A stretch of 64,000 nt of DNA. Source: the human T2T-CHM13v2.0 reference genome, Homo sapiens. The stretch lies in NCBI RefSeq assembly GCF_009914755.1, contig NC_060925.1; one strand, given 5' to 3'. Made by a program: the position numbers and the translations under genes. Position 1 is the first letter of the stretch. Every line of letters begins with the position of its first letter. Below the pieces are notes generated by a model, which made no database searches, was not told where the DNA came from, and saw nothing but the letters and a program-made list of their open reading frames with translations. Shown here piece by piece: positions 44,191-60,517 of the stretch.

Positions 44191-44396
44191 AAGAATCAAA
44201 TAGCACCTTTGCTCTAAAATTATATCTGCTTACAGTTATCTCTTCCATGGTATATAGTACAGAACTTTTACAGCTCCAACCCAGCCATTAAGTCAAAGTT
44301 CTTTTCCAGGGTACAAAGTGAGCTCCACCTACGGTACTACTCATGTTCATGCTCGAATGGGTTGGGCATCTGTTACAGTGAAAATATATGCCCCTT

Positions 44397-44480
44397 GGCC
44401 AGGTGCGGTGACTCATGCTTGTAATCCCAGCACTTTGGGAGGCCAAGGCGGGTGGAACATTTGAGGTCAGGAGTTCAAGA
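44397..44480 (+). mobile_element. Alu 5' fragment (84 bp) without right arm or tail, flanked by a TSD-like repeat
   Basis: ggccaggtgcggtg...gtcaggagttcaaga; flanks aaaatatatgcccctt / agaatatatgacccat. Confidence 0.88.
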
Positions 44481-44598
44481 ATATATGACCCATGTAAACT
44501 GGCACTCTTACCCACTTCAACTTCCCTCATGCTGGCGTTTGACGTATATGACTCTAATAAGTACATATTAACACTTCAAGTCCTTTTTAAAAGATTAA

Positions 44599-44878
<280 letters not shown>

Positions 44879-45386
44879 AGTAATAATAATTAACTCTTAG
44901 AAGAAGGCAGGATGGTAGAAGTGTTTAGCCCAACTTCCCTTGCAATGTATGCAAGCATGGATGTTTGACATTCTACAGACACCGAACATCTGGCAAGACA
45001 TCATGCTAAAGGTTGTAAGGGGTTCAGAGATGAAGACATAGTCCCTAGTTTGAAAGAGTTTATAATCTAGTAAAGAAAACAGGCTAACTTGATGATTCCA
45101 CCTTCTGAGGCTGAGACTCAAATTCTTGGAATAAGAGATTGAGGGCCAAGGTCAATGGGAACCTGCACATTTCTACCATCTACCATGGGCCCAGAAAAAA
45201 AGAATTGTGGCAATATTGTATTTATCTCAGATGCCACAGAGCATCTGTTTTTTAAATTTTATGTATAGGATCTCTGTCCTTTTTTAATTCCTATTTGCCT
45301 TATTTTACATAACATGTACTGCCATTAAATCTGGAAGTCCCAACTGCTTTTGAAAAATTAAAAATATATATATAAACTAATTTATA

Positions 45387-45502
45387 GGTTGAGGTGGGAG
45401 GATTGCTTGAACCCAAAATTCTCAAGCAGCAGTGAGCTATGATCACACCACTGCACTCCAGCCTGGGCAACAGAGCAAGACCCTGTCTCAAAATAAATAA
45501 AA
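45387..45502 (+). mobile_element. AluJ/FRAM right-arm fragment
   Basis: gaggtgggaggattgcttgaaccc...gagctatgatcacaccactgcactcc. Confidence 0.88.
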
Positions 45503-45519
45503 TGTCATAAACTATGAGA

Positions 45520-46830
45520 TATAGTGAGAAGATTATTAAAATAAATCATAAATATTGGTTCTAAGACTCATTGGCTATGTTATCTTTGGCAAGTGGTTTA
45601 AACTCTCTAACACCATGTGTTCCCCCACAACCTGAGGCTATACCCATTTACCATGCAGAGTGCTTGTGAGGTTCAAATGATAAAAGTGTATGTGATTTGA
45701 CAAAAAAAAATTCATTGCATGCCTACCATGAACAAGCACTCTTCTAGTCACAGTGAACAGAAGACACTCTGCACTCATGCACCTATAATATAGTAGGTGA
45801 TAAAGACACGTAATATCAATAGTGAAAGTGCTAAGAAGAAAAATAAAGTATGTAATTATCATTACTGTTAAAGATAGGGAATTAGAGAGGATGTAAAGAA
45901 AAATTAAAAGTCTCCAGGGTTAATTTAACTTTCCGTTTAGCATAATGAGTTTAGGATTCTCTGAGACATTTTACTTCATGAGCAGAAGGTTCCTTTTGTG
46001 ATAGGCTTGCCGGGAAGGAGTATCATTTGAACAGAGTCCTGAATGAACAGGGAGATGGACAACATAGATATCTGGAGAAAGGCTATTTAAGCAAAGAGAA
46101 AAAGAGGCAAAGGCCTAGAGACTGGAGCATGTTTGACCATTCAAGTACCCAGCAGATATTCAGGACATGATAGTTCCTTTGCAGCAGTGATATTTCCAGC
46201 TGCCCATTCTGCAACCAAGTTGTACCACCCCTTCATCTCCTTCAGTCTGAACTCTGGACCATACCACAAGCTATCTCTTTCTTTGAAATTCTCACACTAC
46301 CAGCACTCTCACTCTCTTCTTCTCTTTTAGGTTAAGCTAAATGCTTAAAGTGTCCTCTTTTTGAAAGTTAACATATACTGAGAGCCAGATATGTGTTGAG
46401 CATTTTACTAAACAGTTTGAGTATTTTAACTTATTTGATCCTCACAAAAATCCTAGATAGTTATTATTGTGTTCCAAATGTGGAAACAGATTAAAAAGTT
46501 GAATATGGTCAAGTTCACCCAGCTAAGTTGAAACTTCAACCGAAGACATCTTGTATTTATGTCCATCAGATTAGCCACTATCCTATGCTACTTTCTTGTC
46601 AACTAAAGATACTGCAGACCTATTGATGAACAAGTTTGGAATAATCTCTGTTAAGGAAAAATCAATTGTCCTAAAGGAGTGATTTGCAATTCCAGCCTTC
46701 TAGAACTCTGGAGTGCTCATAGTCATTCATTCATTCAACATTTATTAAGCACCAGTTATGTGCAAGGACTGTGCAAGATTCTGGGGATAGAGCATGCAGC
46801 TAAAAAAGGCCCCTGTCCCAATGAGTCAAA
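45520..46830. mobile_element. Cluster of MIR and L2 fragments
   Basis: MIR (+) ~45520-45700 (ctttggcaagtggtttaaactctct), L2 (-) ~45740-46170, MIR (-) ~46370-46600, L2 (-) ~46720-46830 (tcattcattcattcaacatttattaagcacc). Confidence 0.6.
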
Positions 46831-47511
46831 GGTATATCAAAACTCTGTAAGTGAAATTTGTTTGCTATACTTTAAGAGTGGGGGAAGGTATATAAATAGA
46901 ATAAAATAATTATAATAAACTGTTACCACCAGGGTATCTCAATTGCAAAGATAAGTTGAAAATCACCTCTCTAAAGAAGAGAGAGAGTCTAAAGGAATCT
47001 GCCTGTGTCATCATCAAGTCCCATTTGCTATATCCCAAAGGAGTCTCTTTATACTAGATTTTCAAGTATCCCATCATAAGAGTTAAAAGTCATTAGGTCC
47101 AAATGTGTTCTTTATTGTTTGAGGGTTTTCATCTATGTGTATTTTTACTACCTGGGGTTTGAAAAGCTGCAAACTAAATTTCATAAACCATAAAAACTTA
47201 TAATGCTATTAACTTGGGATGAGCTTAATCTTTCATTTCCTATCTCCTTCAACCTTACTGGAGTTTCACCTTTCATCATTCCTGTATGCATACTGGGTTC
47301 TGTGCACCTATGTGGGTGAGGTGCTAATAAGCAACAAGACTGTATTGATCCTGTTCATATGCTCTACAGTATCCTGTTTCTCACCTACAGAGTGCTGGCT
47401 GGCAAACCCAAGGAGCACTCAGAATAACACACTCTGTTAGGCAGCAATGAGTTTTATGAAGTTGAAATGGTCCCTACTGACTCGGGGGGATAAAATCCCA
47501 GCTAACACAAT

Positions 47512-48048
<537 letters not shown>

Positions 48049-48104
48049 ATTTTTAAATATTCTTAATGGCATTAAAGCTGCTACAATTCTTTTTTGTTGA
48101 TTTT

Positions 48105-48296
48105 TCTTTTTTCTTTTATTTTTAACTGAAAATAATAATTGTATAGATTCATAATATACAATGTTATATTTTGATATATGGTTATATTGTGGAGTGATTA
48201 AATCAAGCTAATTAACAAGTCTCACCTCACATACTTATTTTTTGCAATGAAAATATTTAAAATCTACTTTTACAGAAAATTTCAAATATACCATGC
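48105..48296 (-). mobile_element. L1MA (8/9-like) 3' end fragment
   Basis: aataataattgtata..., gattaaatcaagctaattaaca, cacctcacatactta, atttaaaatctact. Confidence 0.75.
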
Positions 48297-48570
48297 TAAA
48301 ATTCTTAAACTGACTTTTTCATAAAACAATAATTTTATAATTCTATTTTAGGGCTTCTACTGCTAATAAAAAGTGGCAATGATTGATTTATTGCAAAATG
48401 ACATTTTCTTATTAAACAACAATTGCATATTTTATGGCTTATCTCACTAATGCCACAGAGCTAAATGCCTTGCTTTAAAGTGTTTATATTTACTAGTGCA
48501 AGATTTGAGGACATGTAAATTTTAGTATTCAATATAAGGTTTCACCTGAAAGGCAGAGAAAAGCATTTCA

Positions 48571-49006
48571 GTCCATTGGCAGATGAAGGAATATACAAAT
48601 CCATTAGTATATACATAGAATAGAATATTATTCATCCTTTAAAAAGAAGGAAATTCTGATACATGCTGCATCCTGGATGTACTTTGAAGACATTTTTTAA
48701 GTGAAATAAGCCAGTCACAAAAGGACAAATGCCATATGATTCCACTTATATGAGGTACCTATAGTAGTCAAATTCATAGAGACATAAAGTAGAATGGTGA
48801 TTGCCAGGGGCTGAGGAGAGGGGAGATGGGCAGTCACGTTTAATGGGTACAGAGCTTCAGTTAGGGAAGATGAAAAGGTCCTGAAGATGGATGATGTGGA
48901 TAGTTGCACAACAATGTGAATGTACTTTATACCAAAGAACTGTACACTTAAAAATGGTTAAAATGGTAAATTTCACGTTGTATGTATTTGACCACAATAA
49001 AAAAAT
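48571..49006 (+). mobile_element. L1MB (3-like) 3' end
   Basis: aagtgaaataagccagtcacaaaaggacaaat, gattccacttatatgaggtacc, tttaatgggtacagag, gaactgtacacttaaaaatggtta. Confidence 0.85.
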
Positions 49007-49165
49007 TCAATAATTCTTTTAAAAAAAAAGCATTTCTTAAGATGAGCTCTTACAGAGTGAATCAGACATTGCAATATAGTCAACCCTCAGTCTGCCCAAA
49101 GCTCCTGAAGAAAAAGAATAGATCAGATTCAACAAATTACAGACAATCCAAGATCCCTAATAACA

Positions 49166-51325
49166 GCCAAACACTTTTAAAGCATCAGGTCTCCTGAGAA
49201 TTCACTCACTATCATGAGAAAAACATGGGAGAAACCACCCCCATGATCCAGTCATCTTCCACCAGTTCCCTCCCTCAACATGTGGGGATTACAATTCAAG
49301 ATGAGATTTGGGTGGGGACACAGAGCCAAACCATATTATTCCACACTTACCCTCTCCCAAATCTCATGTTCTTTTCACTTTTCAAAACCAATCATACCTT
49401 CCCAACAGTCCCCTAAAGTCTTAACTCATTCCAGCATTAACTCAAAAGTCCAAGTCCAAAGTTTCATCTAAGACAAGGCAAGTCACTTTCACGGATGAGC
49501 TTGTAAAATCAAAAACAACTTAGTTACTTCCAAGATAAAATGGGGATACAGGCATTCGGTCAATGTTCCCATTCCAAATGAGAGAAATTGGCCAAAAGGG
49601 CCACAGGCCCCATGCATATCTGAAACCCAGCGGAGCAGTCATTAAATATTAAAGTTCTGAAATGATATCCTTTGACTCCATGTCTCACATCCAGGGCACA
49701 TTGATGCAAGGAGTGGGCTCCCAGGGCCATAGGCAGCTCAGTCCCTGTGGTTCTGCAGTGTACAGCCCCACAACTGCTTTCACAAGCTGGCATTGAAAGC
49801 CTGCAGCTTTTCCATGTGCATAGTGCAAGCTGTCAGTTGATCTATGATTCTGGGGTCTGAAGGGCAGTGACCCTCTTTTCATAGCTCCACTAGGCAGTGC
49901 CCCAGTGGGGACTCTGTGTGGGGACTCCAACCCCACATTTTCCCTCGCATTGCCCTAATAGAGGTTCTCCATGAGGGCTCCACCCCTGCAGCAGACTTCT
50001 GCCAGGACATCAAGGCACTTCCATACATCCCCTGAAATATAGGTAGAGGTTCCCAACCCTAAACTCTTATCTTCTGCGCACTCACAGGCCCAACACCACC
50101 TGGAAGCCACAAAGGCTTGGGTCTTGCACCCTCTGAAGCAACAGCCTGAGCTGTACCTTGGGCCCTTTTATCCACAGCTGGAGCTGGAACTGCTGGGACA
50201 CATGACACCATGTCCCAAGGTTGCACAGAGCAGTAGGGTCTTGGTCCTGGTGCAAAAAAACTATTTTTCCTTCCCAGGCCTCCAGGCCTGTGATGAGAGG
50301 GTCTGCTGTGAAGATCTCTGAAATACCCTGGAGACATTTTTCCCATTGTCTTGGCTATTAACATTGGCTCCTGGTTACTTATTCAAATTTCTGCAGCTGG
50401 CTTGAATTTCTCCCCAGAAAATGGATTTTTCTTTTCTACCACATGGTCAGGCTGAAAATTTTCCAAACTTTTATGTTCTGCTTCCCTTTTTGACATAAGT
50501 TCCAATTTCAGACCATCTCTTTGTGAACACATATGACTGAACACTTTCAGAAAAAGCCAGATGACACCTTGAATGCTTTGCTGCTTAGAAACTTATTCTG
50601 CCAGATACCCTAAATCATCTCTCTTAAGTTCAAAGTTCCACAGATCTCTAGGGCTAGAGCAAAATGTTGCCAGTCCTTTGCTAAAGAATAGCAAGGGTGA
50701 CCTTTACTCCAGTTCCCAGTAAGTTCCTCTTTCCCATCTGAGACCACCTCAGCCTAGACTTCATTGTTAATATCACTATGAGCATTTTGGTCAAAACCAT
50801 TCAACAAGTCTCTAGGAAATTCCAAACTTTCCCACATCTTCCTACCTTCTTCTGAACCCTCCAAACTGTTCCAACCTCTGCCCATTACTAAGTTCAAAGT
50901 TGCTTCCATATTTATAGCAGTGCCCCACTCCCAGTACCAATTTTCTGTATTTGTCTGTTTCCACCCTGCTATAAATAACTACCCAACACTGGGTGGTTTA
51001 TTAAAAAAAAAAAAAAAAAAGAGGTTTAACTGACTCAAAGTTCCACATGGCTGGGAGGCCTCAGGAAACTTACAATCATGGCAGAAGGAGGAGAAGTAAG
51101 TACCTTCTTGCAAGGCAGCAGGAGAGAGAGAGAGAGTGAGGGAGGGGGGCTGCCAAAAACTTTTAAAGCATCAGATCTCATGAGAACTCACACACTATCA
51201 TGAGAACAGCATGTGGGGGAAACCACCGCCATAATCCAATCACTTCCAACAGGTCCCCCCCACAACATGTGGAGATTGCATTTCAAGATGACATTTGGGT
51301 GGAGACATAGAGCCAAATCATATAA
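49166..51325 (-). mobile_element. THE1D-like MaLR provirus: complete LTR 50946-51325, internal 49339-50945, truncated LTR 49166-49338
   Basis: LTR motifs gaggttta..tgactca.agttccacatggctgg.aggcctcaggaaacttacaatcatggc and gagatttgggtggggacacagagccaaaccata; typical THE1-int body. Confidence 0.92.
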
Positions 51326-54023
51326 GGTTCTTAACCAGGCTAAGCTGGCTGAAATGATAGAAATAGAATTCAGAACATGGATAGAAATAAAGACCATCGA
51401 GCTTCAGGAGAATGGCAGAACCCAATCCAAGGAAACTAAGAATCATAATAAAAGGATACAGGAGCTAAATAGCCAGTATACAAAAGTACCTAACTGATCT
51501 AATAGAGCTGGGAAAACACACCACAAGAATTTCACAATGTAATCACAAGTATTATCAGCAGAATAGACCAAGCTGAGGAATCTCAGAACCAGAAGACTGA
51601 CTCTCTGAAATAAGACAGTCAGACAATAAGAAAAAATAATAAAAAGGAATGAACAAAACCTCCAAGAAATATAGGATTATGTAAAGAGGCCAAATCTATG
51701 AATTACTGGCATCCCTGAAAGGGATGAGGAGAAAACAAACAACTTGGAAAGCATATTTTAAGATATTGCTCATGAAAACTTCCCCTACTTTGCTAGAGAG
51801 GCCAACGGTCAAATACAGAGAACTCCTGCAAGATTCTACACAAGAAGATCATCCCCAAGACACGTAATCATCCCATTTTCCAAGGCCAAAATGAAAGAAA
51901 GAATATTAAAGGCAGGTAGAGAGAAAGGGCAAGTCATCTACAAAGGGAACCCCACCAGGCTAACAGCAGCCCTTTTAGCAGAAACTCTATAAGCCAGAAG
52001 AGATTGGGGGCCTATATTCAACATTCTTGAAGAAAAAAAAAATCTTCCACCAAGAATTTTGTATCCAGCCAAACTAACTTTCCTAAGCAAAGAAGTGAGA
52101 TCCTTTTCAGGTAACCAAATGTTGATGAAATTCATTGCCACCAGACCCTCCTTACCAGAAACCTTGAAAGGAGCACTAAATATGGAAAGGAAAGACCATT
52201 ACCAGCCAATACAAAAACACACTTAAGTAAATGGACCAGTACTGTAAAGCAACCACAAAAACAAGTCAGCGTAATAACCAACTAACAACACAATGACAGG
52301 ATCAAAGTCATACATATCAATACTAACCTTGAATGTAAATGGGCCAAGTACTGCCGTTTAAAAGGCAGAGTGGAAAGCTGGATTTAAAAAAAAAAAAAAA
52401 AAAAAAAAAAGCAAGACCCAATGGTAGGCTGTTTTCAAGAGACTCACCTCACATGCAATGACACTGGAAATAAAGGGATAGAGGAAAATCTACTAAGCAA
52501 ATGGAAATCAGAAAAAAGCAGGAATTGCATTCCTAATCTCAGACAAAAACCAGCATAGATCAAAAAAGACAAAGAAGGGTATTACATAATGGTAAAGGGT
52601 TCAATTCAACAAGAAGACCTACCTATCCTAAATATATATGCACCCAACACGGAAGCATCCATATTCACAACCTGAACTCAGCACTGGGCCAAATGGATCT
52701 GATAGATATCTACAGAACTCTCCACCCCAAAACAACAGAGTATACATTTTTATCATTGCCACATAGCACTTACTCTAAAACTGACCACACAATAAAACAT
52801 AAAACAATCATCAGGTAACACAAAAGAACTGAAACCATACCAAACACACTCTCGGACCACAGGACAATAAAGATAGAAGTCCAGACTAACAAAGAACATT
52901 CTAAACCATGCAATTAAGGAAAATTAAACAACCTGCTCCTGAATAATTTTTGCATAAATAATGAAATTAAGATAGAAATCAAGAAGATCTTTGAAAATAA
53001 TGAGAACAAAGATACAACATACCAGAATCTCTGGGACACAGCTAAGGCAGTTAGTGTTAAGAGGTAAATTTATAGCACCAAACGCCCACATCAGAAAGTT
53101 ACAAAGATCTCAAATTAACAACCTAATATCACAACTGAAAGAACTAGAGAAGCAAGAGCAAACCAACCCCAATGCTAGCCGAAGACAAGAAATAACCAAA
53201 ATCAGGCTGACCTGAAGGAAATTGAGACCTGAAAAACCATTCAAATATTAATAAACCCAGGAGTTGGTTTTTTTAAAACAAATAAAATACATAGTCTGCT
53301 AGGTAGACTAATAAAGAACAAAAGAGAGAAGATACAAATAAACACAACTAGAAACAACAAAGGGGATATTACCACTGACCCCACAGAAATAAAAATAACC
53401 ATCAGAAACTACTATGAACACCTCTATGCACACAAACTAGAAAATCTAGAAGACATAGATAAACTCCTGGACACATACCCCTCTCAAGACTGAACCAGGA
53501 AGATATTGATCCCCTGAACAGACCAGTAATGAGCTCCAAAACTGAATCAGTAATAAATAGCCTACCAACCTAAGAAAGTCGAGGACCAGATGGATTCACA
53601 GCCAAATTCTAACAGATGTAAAAGAAAAGCTGGTACCATTTCTACTGAAATTATTCCAAAAAACTGAGGAGGAGGGGGCCCTCCCCAACTCATTCTATGA
53701 CACCAGCATCATTCTGATACCAGAACCTGGCAGAGACAAAACGAAAAAAGGGAACTTCAAGCCAATATCCTTGATGAAGATTGACACAAAAATTTTCAAC
53801 AAAATACTTGCAAACTGAATTCAGCAGCACATCAAAAAGCTAATCTACCATGATCAAGTAGGCTTCATCCCTAATATGCAAGTTTGGTTCAACATAGTCA
53901 AATCAGTAAATGTAACACATCACATAAATAGAACTAAAGACAAAAACCACATGATTATCTCAATAAAGGCAGAAAAGGCTTTCAATAAAATTCAGCATTC
54001 CTTCATGTTAAAAACTCTCAATA

Positions 54024-54305
54024 GGCCAGGCAGAGAGGCTCACGCCTGTGATCCCAGCATTTTGGGAGGCCAAAGAGGGGTGATCACTTGAGGTCAGGAG
54101 TTTAAGACCAGCCTGGCCAACAGGGTGAACCCCCATCTCTACTAGAATACAAAAATTAGCTGGGTATGGTGGCACATGCTCATAATCCCAGTTACTCGGG
54201 AGGCTGAGGCACAAGAATCACTTGAACCTGGGAGGCAGATGTTGCAGTGAGCCAAGATCACACCACTGCACTCCAGCCAGGATGACAGAGTGAGAAAAAA
54301 AAAAA
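54024..54305 (+). mobile_element. AluSx-like SINE in L1 ORF2
   Basis: Dimer with A tail; TSD-like aaaaac..ctcaata. Confidence 0.93.
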
Positions 54306-55662
54306 CCCACCTCAATAAATAATTTGAAAAGGTACTGAAGGAACATACCTCAAAAGAGTAAAAGCCATATATAGCATACCCACAGCCAACATCATACTAA
54401 ATGGGGAAATGCTGGAAGCATTCCCCTTAAAAACTGGCACAAGACAAGGATGCCCTCTCTCACCACTCCTATTCAACATAGCATTGGAAGTCCTGGCCAC
54501 AGTGATCAGGAACCAGAAAGAAATAAAAGGAATCCATATAGGAAGAGAGGAAGTCAAATTATCCCTGTTTACAGATGACATGACTCTATATCTAGAAAAC
54601 TCCATAGTCTCAGCCCAAAAGTTCCTTCAGCTGATAAACTCCAGCAAAGTATCAGGATACAAAATCCACATATAAAAATCACTAGCATTCCTATACACCA
54701 AGAACAGCCAAGCTGAGAGCCAAATCAGGAACACAATCCCATTCACAATTGCCACAAGAGAATAAAATACCTATGAATACAGCTAACCAGAAACCAGGAA
54801 GTTGAAAAATTTCTACAATGAGAATTACAAAACACTGCTCAAAGAAGTCAGAGATGACACAAACAAACGGAAATACATTCCATGTTCATGAATAGAAAGA
54901 ATTGATATCATTAAAATGGCCATACTACCCAAAGCAATTTACAGATTCAGTGCTATTCCTATCAAACTACCAATGACATTGTTCACAGAACTAAAAAAAA
55001 AAAAAAAAAACTATTTTAAAATTTACATGGAATAACAAAAGAGCACAAATAGCCAAGGCAATCCTAAGCAAAAAGAATAAAAGTGAAGACATCACATTAC
55101 CCAATCTCAAATTATACTGCAGGGCTACGGTAACAAAAACAGCATGGTTCTGGTACAAAAACAGGCACATAGACCAACGGAACAGAATAGAGAGCTCAGA
55201 AATAATGCTGCAAACCTACAACCATCTGATCTTCTTCAAAGTTGACTAAAACAAGCAATGGGAAAAGTGCTCCCTATTCAATAAATGGTGTTGGGATAAC
55301 TGGCTACCCATATTTGGAAGATTGAAACTGGATCCCTTGCACCATATACAAAAATCAACTCAAGATGGATTAAAGACTTAAATATAAAACCCAAAACTGT
55401 AAAAACCGTGGAAGACAACCTAGGCAATACCATTCTGGACATAGGAATGGCAAGATTTCATGATGAAGACACCAAAGTTAATCACAACAAAAGCAAAAAT
55501 TGACAAATGGGATCTAACTAAACTTAAGAGCTTCTGTGCAGCAAATGAACTATCAACAGAGTAAATAGACATCTTACAGAATGAGAGAAAATATTTGCAA
55601 AAGCCTAATATCGAGCATCTGTAAGGAACTTAAACAAATTACAAGAAAAAAAAATTCCATTA

Positions 55663-56001
<339 letters not shown>

Positions 56002-56820
56002 GACATATATGTGGCCAACAAACATGAAAAGAAGCTCAATATCACTGATCATTAGAGAAATGTAAATCAAAACCACCAGTTTTGATTGGTGAGATACCAT
56101 CTCATACCAGTCAGAATGGCTATTAAAAAGTAAAAAATAACAGATGCTAGGGAGGTTGCAGAGAAAAGGGAACACTTACACACTGTTGGTGGGAGTGTAA
56201 ATCAGTTCTACCATTGTGGAAAGCAGTGTGGGAATTCCTCAAAGAGCTAAAAACAGAACTACCCTGAGACCCAGCAATCCCACTATTGGGTATATACCCA
56301 AAGAATACAAATCATTCTACCGTAAACACACATGTATGCATATGTTCATTGCAACTTCACAATAGCAAAGACATAGAAATCAACCTAAATGCCCATCAAT
56401 GACAGATTGAAAAAAGAATATGTGGTACATACATACCATGGAATACTATGCAGCCATAAGAAAGAATGAGATTATGTCTTTTGTGGGGATATAGATGGAG
56501 CCAGAGGTCATTATCCTTAGCAAACTAACACAGGAACAGAAAACCAAATAACACATGTTCTCACTTATAAGTGGAAGCTAAATGATAAGAACTCATGAAC
56601 ACAAAGAGGATAACAACAGACACTAGGGCCTACTTGAGGCTCAAGGGTGGGAGGAGGGAGAGGGTCAGAAAAAAATACCTATTGAGCACCAGGCTTAGTA
56701 CCTCAATAATGAAATAATTTGTAAAACAAACTCCAGTGACATTGAGTTTGCCTATATAACAAACCTACACATGTACCCCAAACCTAAAATAAAAATTTAA
56801 ACATCTAAAAATAAAAATAA

Positions 56821-57375
56821 AAGGACTGCATTTCCCAGTCTCCTTTGCAGCTATGTATGCCATGTGACTCAGATCTAGCTAAAGAATACAAGCAGAAGTA
56901 AAATATGCCTGCCAGGGGACACTAGGCAATGTCTGGAGTCATTTTTCATTGTCACAACTGGGGACAGGGAGGTGACATTCCTGGCACCTATCGAGTAGAG
57001 GCCAGGGATGCTTCTAAACATCCTATAATGCACAGGACATCTCCCCACAACAAAGAATTGTCTGGTCCAAAATAACAATAGTCTGATGGTCAGAAGTCCT
57101 GACTTAAAAGGGAAAGACGCATCCATCCCCTTCTTTTTCCCTTCTGTCAGGTTGGAATTGGGACATAGGAGTGATCCATATTGGGCCACAGAGAGAGAAG
57201 CAACATCCTGGAGATGACAGAGCAAAACAGCAGGCTGGTGCCTCATAACTTCACAGTGCAGAGTCACCCTATCATCTCAGGCTTTAAATGAGAGTGAAAT
57301 AAACTTCTATCTTGTCTAATCTACTCGTATTTTGAGTCTCTATTTTATGCACCTGAAGCTATATCCTAACCAACA
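56821..57375 (+). mobile_element. MLT1 (J-like) LTR lacking its 5' part, interrupted by MER20
   Basis: gactgcatttcccagtctcctttgcagct...gccatgtgact; gaaataaacttctatcttg...atcctaac. Confidence 0.7.
56911..57100 (+). mobile_element. MER20 hAT-Charlie MITE (partial)
   Basis: ccaggggaca.t.ggcaatgtctggag.catttt..ttgtcacaactgggg...gtagaggccagggatgct.ctaaacatccta.aatgcacaggaca. Confidence 0.88.
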
Positions 57376-57449
57376 GAGAAGCTAAACTTGACTGAGAGTC
57401 CTTTCAAGTGGACTGCCAAAAAAGAACAGATTTGAAAATCACGGGGGAC

Positions 57450-58176
<727 letters not shown>

Positions 58177-58856
58177 AGAGAGTTTTACGGTTTGAAAAAA
58201 AAAATCTGACAGGAGAAGGAACTGACAGGAGAAGTTTCACTTTTAGGACCTTTTTATTTCTCTCAAGGATTAGGACATCATCTGCAAGGTTCCTGTGGCA
58301 AGAAAACAATGAGAACAGAAGTTCTGCCATTGTCTGATATACATGTGCTAGGGGAAGTGGATGTGAAGAGATTTGAACCGTTCATATTTCTTAGTATAAT
58401 ATATATCCCTTAGACTTTAGAAGTAGCATTACTGCTCTCACACGATATTCCAGCTTCTCATCACCATACCTAACTTATCCGATATTCAAATAATCAAGCT
58501 GGAGGGGGATTCTACTTTTCCTTCATGTTGTTTTTCTCAGCAATTAGTTTAGTGAAGGCCAGAGATGTCTAGCAATTATTATGATTATATTCAATTGCTC
58601 AGTTTTCTTAGGAATCCATCATAAACTATCAGTTCTAGATACACAGAAATTTGTATTAATGTTTCTTAAACTTCCACTTCACTTGCCTGTTTCTTATTCC
58701 TGGGTTTCATGTTCCTATCTTTCCTAAGCATTGCCCCAGACTCTAGTTTGTGCTGAACTAGATATCAGCTTCAAAGGAATTCTCAGAGACAACACATGCT
58801 TTCGAGACTCAAAGCAATATTACTCTGATAGAATGTCAGAAAGGAGCTATGGCAGA

Positions 58857-58995
58857 TGATGTTGGCAATGTTTTCAGGCTAGAGGTCTTCTTTATCATTC
58901 AAATCAGATGCCAAATACATTTGTCTCAATGATAATTATGAGTTTTCGCTATTTTTGTCCTGTATTTTATAAGTAATATTCAGCCTCTGTGGTTG
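58857..58995. repeat. Copy 1 of an unexplained ~135-bp diverged direct repeat
   Basis: Colinear with 60518-60652; shared blocks ttggcaatgttttcaggc, tcaaatcagatg, tctcaatgataa, ttgtcctgtattttata, cctctgtggttg. Confidence 0.9.
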
Positions 58996-59002
58996 TTCTT
59001 GA

Positions 59003-59324
<322 letters not shown>

Positions 59325-59809
59325 GATACTCCAGATTTTAATGTGTGAAGACCATGTTACCCCAGATCTAACCTACATGCAGTTTCATAGCTGTGTGACC
59401 TAGGAAAAGATATCTAACCTCTCTGTGCCCTAATTTCCTCCTCTTTAAAATGAAAAGAAATGCGAATTATGGTATTGCATATTCTGATAATTGCCATATT
59501 TCAGTTCAAAGTGTAATGCCTCAAACATCAACAACTCTGAAGTATTAGCAATCCACTACACAAATGATTGCTTGCAAAAAAAAAAAAAAGAAGAAGAAAA
59601 AGGAAGGAAGGAAAGAAGGAAGGAAGGAAGGATTGATTCAATGCTATTCAATGCTAAGACTTGAGGCCAGAGCTGCAAATGGATAAACCTTACACATTTC
59701 ACACATCAGATATTCTATGAAACTAGCTACTACATTGTCCATAAGCAATTTGAGTGAAGATTTCTGACCTAGCAGAGCATCTACCTTGAGATATTTGTTG
59801 AACTACACT

Positions 59810-60185
59810 AACTCTTGCCTCAGGGCCTTTGGACGCAATGTTCCATTTACTTTGAATATTCTAGCACCTCTTGTTGCCTTCCTATTACCCATATATCCCA
59901 TAAGACCTGAAATATTTCCTACAATTTCCCATGGCAATGAAAGGATCAGCTGTCAGTCTAGATACCACTTTTTGTGGAAAGTCTTCTCTAACCACCACGC
60001 CACCCAATCCAACCATTCCACAGTTCCCTATTCTTCCCAGTTACAGCCATTACCAATCTGGATTTAAATTTTCTATTTACTATTTACTTACACAAGAGTA
60101 TAAGTTCCGTAAGGACATATCTGCTGTGTGCAGATATGAAGTGCTCAATAAACACTTGTTGAAAGAAGGGAGGGAGAGAAACATA
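59810..60185 (+). mobile_element. L2 3' fragment
   Basis: tgcctcagggccttt, aagtcttctctaaccacc, taagttcc.taaggaca, gtgctcaataaacacttgttgaa. Confidence 0.75.
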
Positions 60186-60517
60186 GATGGATAGTTGGAT
60201 AGTAGGAAGGATTAATAGACAGGTATGGTTAGTCTCTTCATGTTGTCCTTTACAAATCTGAAAGCTGACAGACCCACCCATGATTGCAAGGCATTTTTAG
60301 TTTTTCAAAGTATTTCACATCCATTATTTTATAATACCTTTCTGAGTAAATAAAGAAACAAGAGAAGATCTCACTTTTAAAATATGAGTATAAAGACTGT
60401 TAAAAGATTAGAAAATGCAGAGAGTTTAAAGTGACATAAGAAAACCTAACTGGAGGGGAAATCTGTTACTGAAAACTAACTCTGTACTCTTTCTGTTCAT
60501 CTACACTACTCTCAAGC

